Positions 62,973 to 64,000 of a stretch of 64,000 nt of DNA are shown here, in pieces. Position 1 is the first letter of the stretch. Each line of letters begins with the position of its first letter. Location: NCBI GenBank assembly GCA_051362555.1, contig CM120640.1, positions 30,771,967 to 30,835,966 of the forward strand, read 5' to 3'. The notes under the pieces are model-generated. The model was not told where the DNA came from, did no database searches, and saw only the letters and a list, made by a program, of their open reading frames with translations. The DNA comes from Lingula anatina. Taxonomy: Eukaryota; Animalia; Brachiopoda. The translations under genes were made by a program, and so were the position numbers.

Positions 62973-64000
62973 TTACTTGATTCCAATTCAGCCACTTAAT
63001 TAATTTTGTAATCCAAACACTAGAATTTTAGCTCTATTTCTTTTAAAATCAGATACTTTGTTCGAGCATTTTATTCCCGATTGCAAAATCAAGGATGGAA
63101 TGAAATTGAATCATGAAAATTGAAGTCAAGGGAGGTCGACAGTGTCTAGCAAATGTACGTTTGCTTTCCTGGTCGAGGTTAGTTCTCTAGAAAACCACTG
63201 GTTTGTTGTCAGTTTACTTTAATAAACAGGATAATTTTGTACAAACCGCTGTCGTAAGATAAAAAAAGGCACCCACTGGGAGCTGAGAATGCACCGATAG
63301 TTACCTGCTTTGTCGCCTTGCTTTGTTTAAGACGTATTAACGCGTTCAGACCTTTGGACGGCTGGGATAATCTTTTCACTTCTTTATGAGCAAATACTTT
63401 TTTTCTGGAAAAGGCAACATAAAAAGTTATTTAACTTTTCAAGCTCATTTCGGCATTCATGTCAATGAAATATACCCAAGAACAATTACCCCTGAAGTGG
63501 GAAATGCATACTTTTTGACAAAATATCGTCAACATAAACCGATCAGTGTTGCCTTATGTCATCTATACAGTACTTACAACAAACTATATCAGTTCTCAGT
63601 GCCAAAATTTCAGTTTACGTGTGGAAATTGTGACAATGTGGCATATAAAGCTTCTTCCTCTTCCTCCTGACCTTGGCCCTTTCTGAATACCTCTCACCAA
63701 ATGCTCACCTGGTTACATAACAGTATCACTGTCGTGGGATTGTGTTAGAGAAGACACATTGTTGTTTTCCCTCAATCTAAAACGCTACCATCAGGTTATT
63801 ATACAAACAAGCCATTTTGTTTTGCCTATAGACTTTCATCCCAAATGAATGAGGTTATTTCCAATTAAAACATGAATGAGACTGTTTTAAGACTAGAAGA
63901 ATTACAAGGCACAAAACCATAGACATAAAAATTTTGCACTCTGAACTTGAACCAACTCTGAACCAAACGATTACCAATCAACAGAGTGCCTAGGAGGCAG

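Overview
AT-rich, intron- and repeat-dense eukaryotic DNA, probably from a marine invertebrate (echinoderm-like repeat repertoire; taxon is inference). No intact long protein-coding gene is visible; most ORFs in the supplied track are repeat artefacts. The left ~44 kb holds a fragmented minus-strand multi-exon gene, probably a pseudogene, for a Cys-containing type-I membrane protein. It has a clear TM exon at 239-326, several upstream exons, and an internal array of at least 8 tandemly duplicated, decaying Cys-rich exon+intron cassettes (5.5-28.5 kb). Its introns contain: three families of Helentron/HINE-like rolling-circle elements carrying satellite arrays (some nested, with empty sites visible in the window); TTAA-targeting Kolobok-like MITEs; a truncated intron-containing GIN1/Ginger-type integrase gene with a solo LTR in one intron and a 66-bp minisatellite upstream of its ATG; and a 6.7-kb higher-order satellite built from the 3' end of a Gypsy pol gene. 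The right 20 kb is intergenic, with MITEs (Harbinger-, hAT-like), a tRNA-derived SINE-like head and microsatellites.
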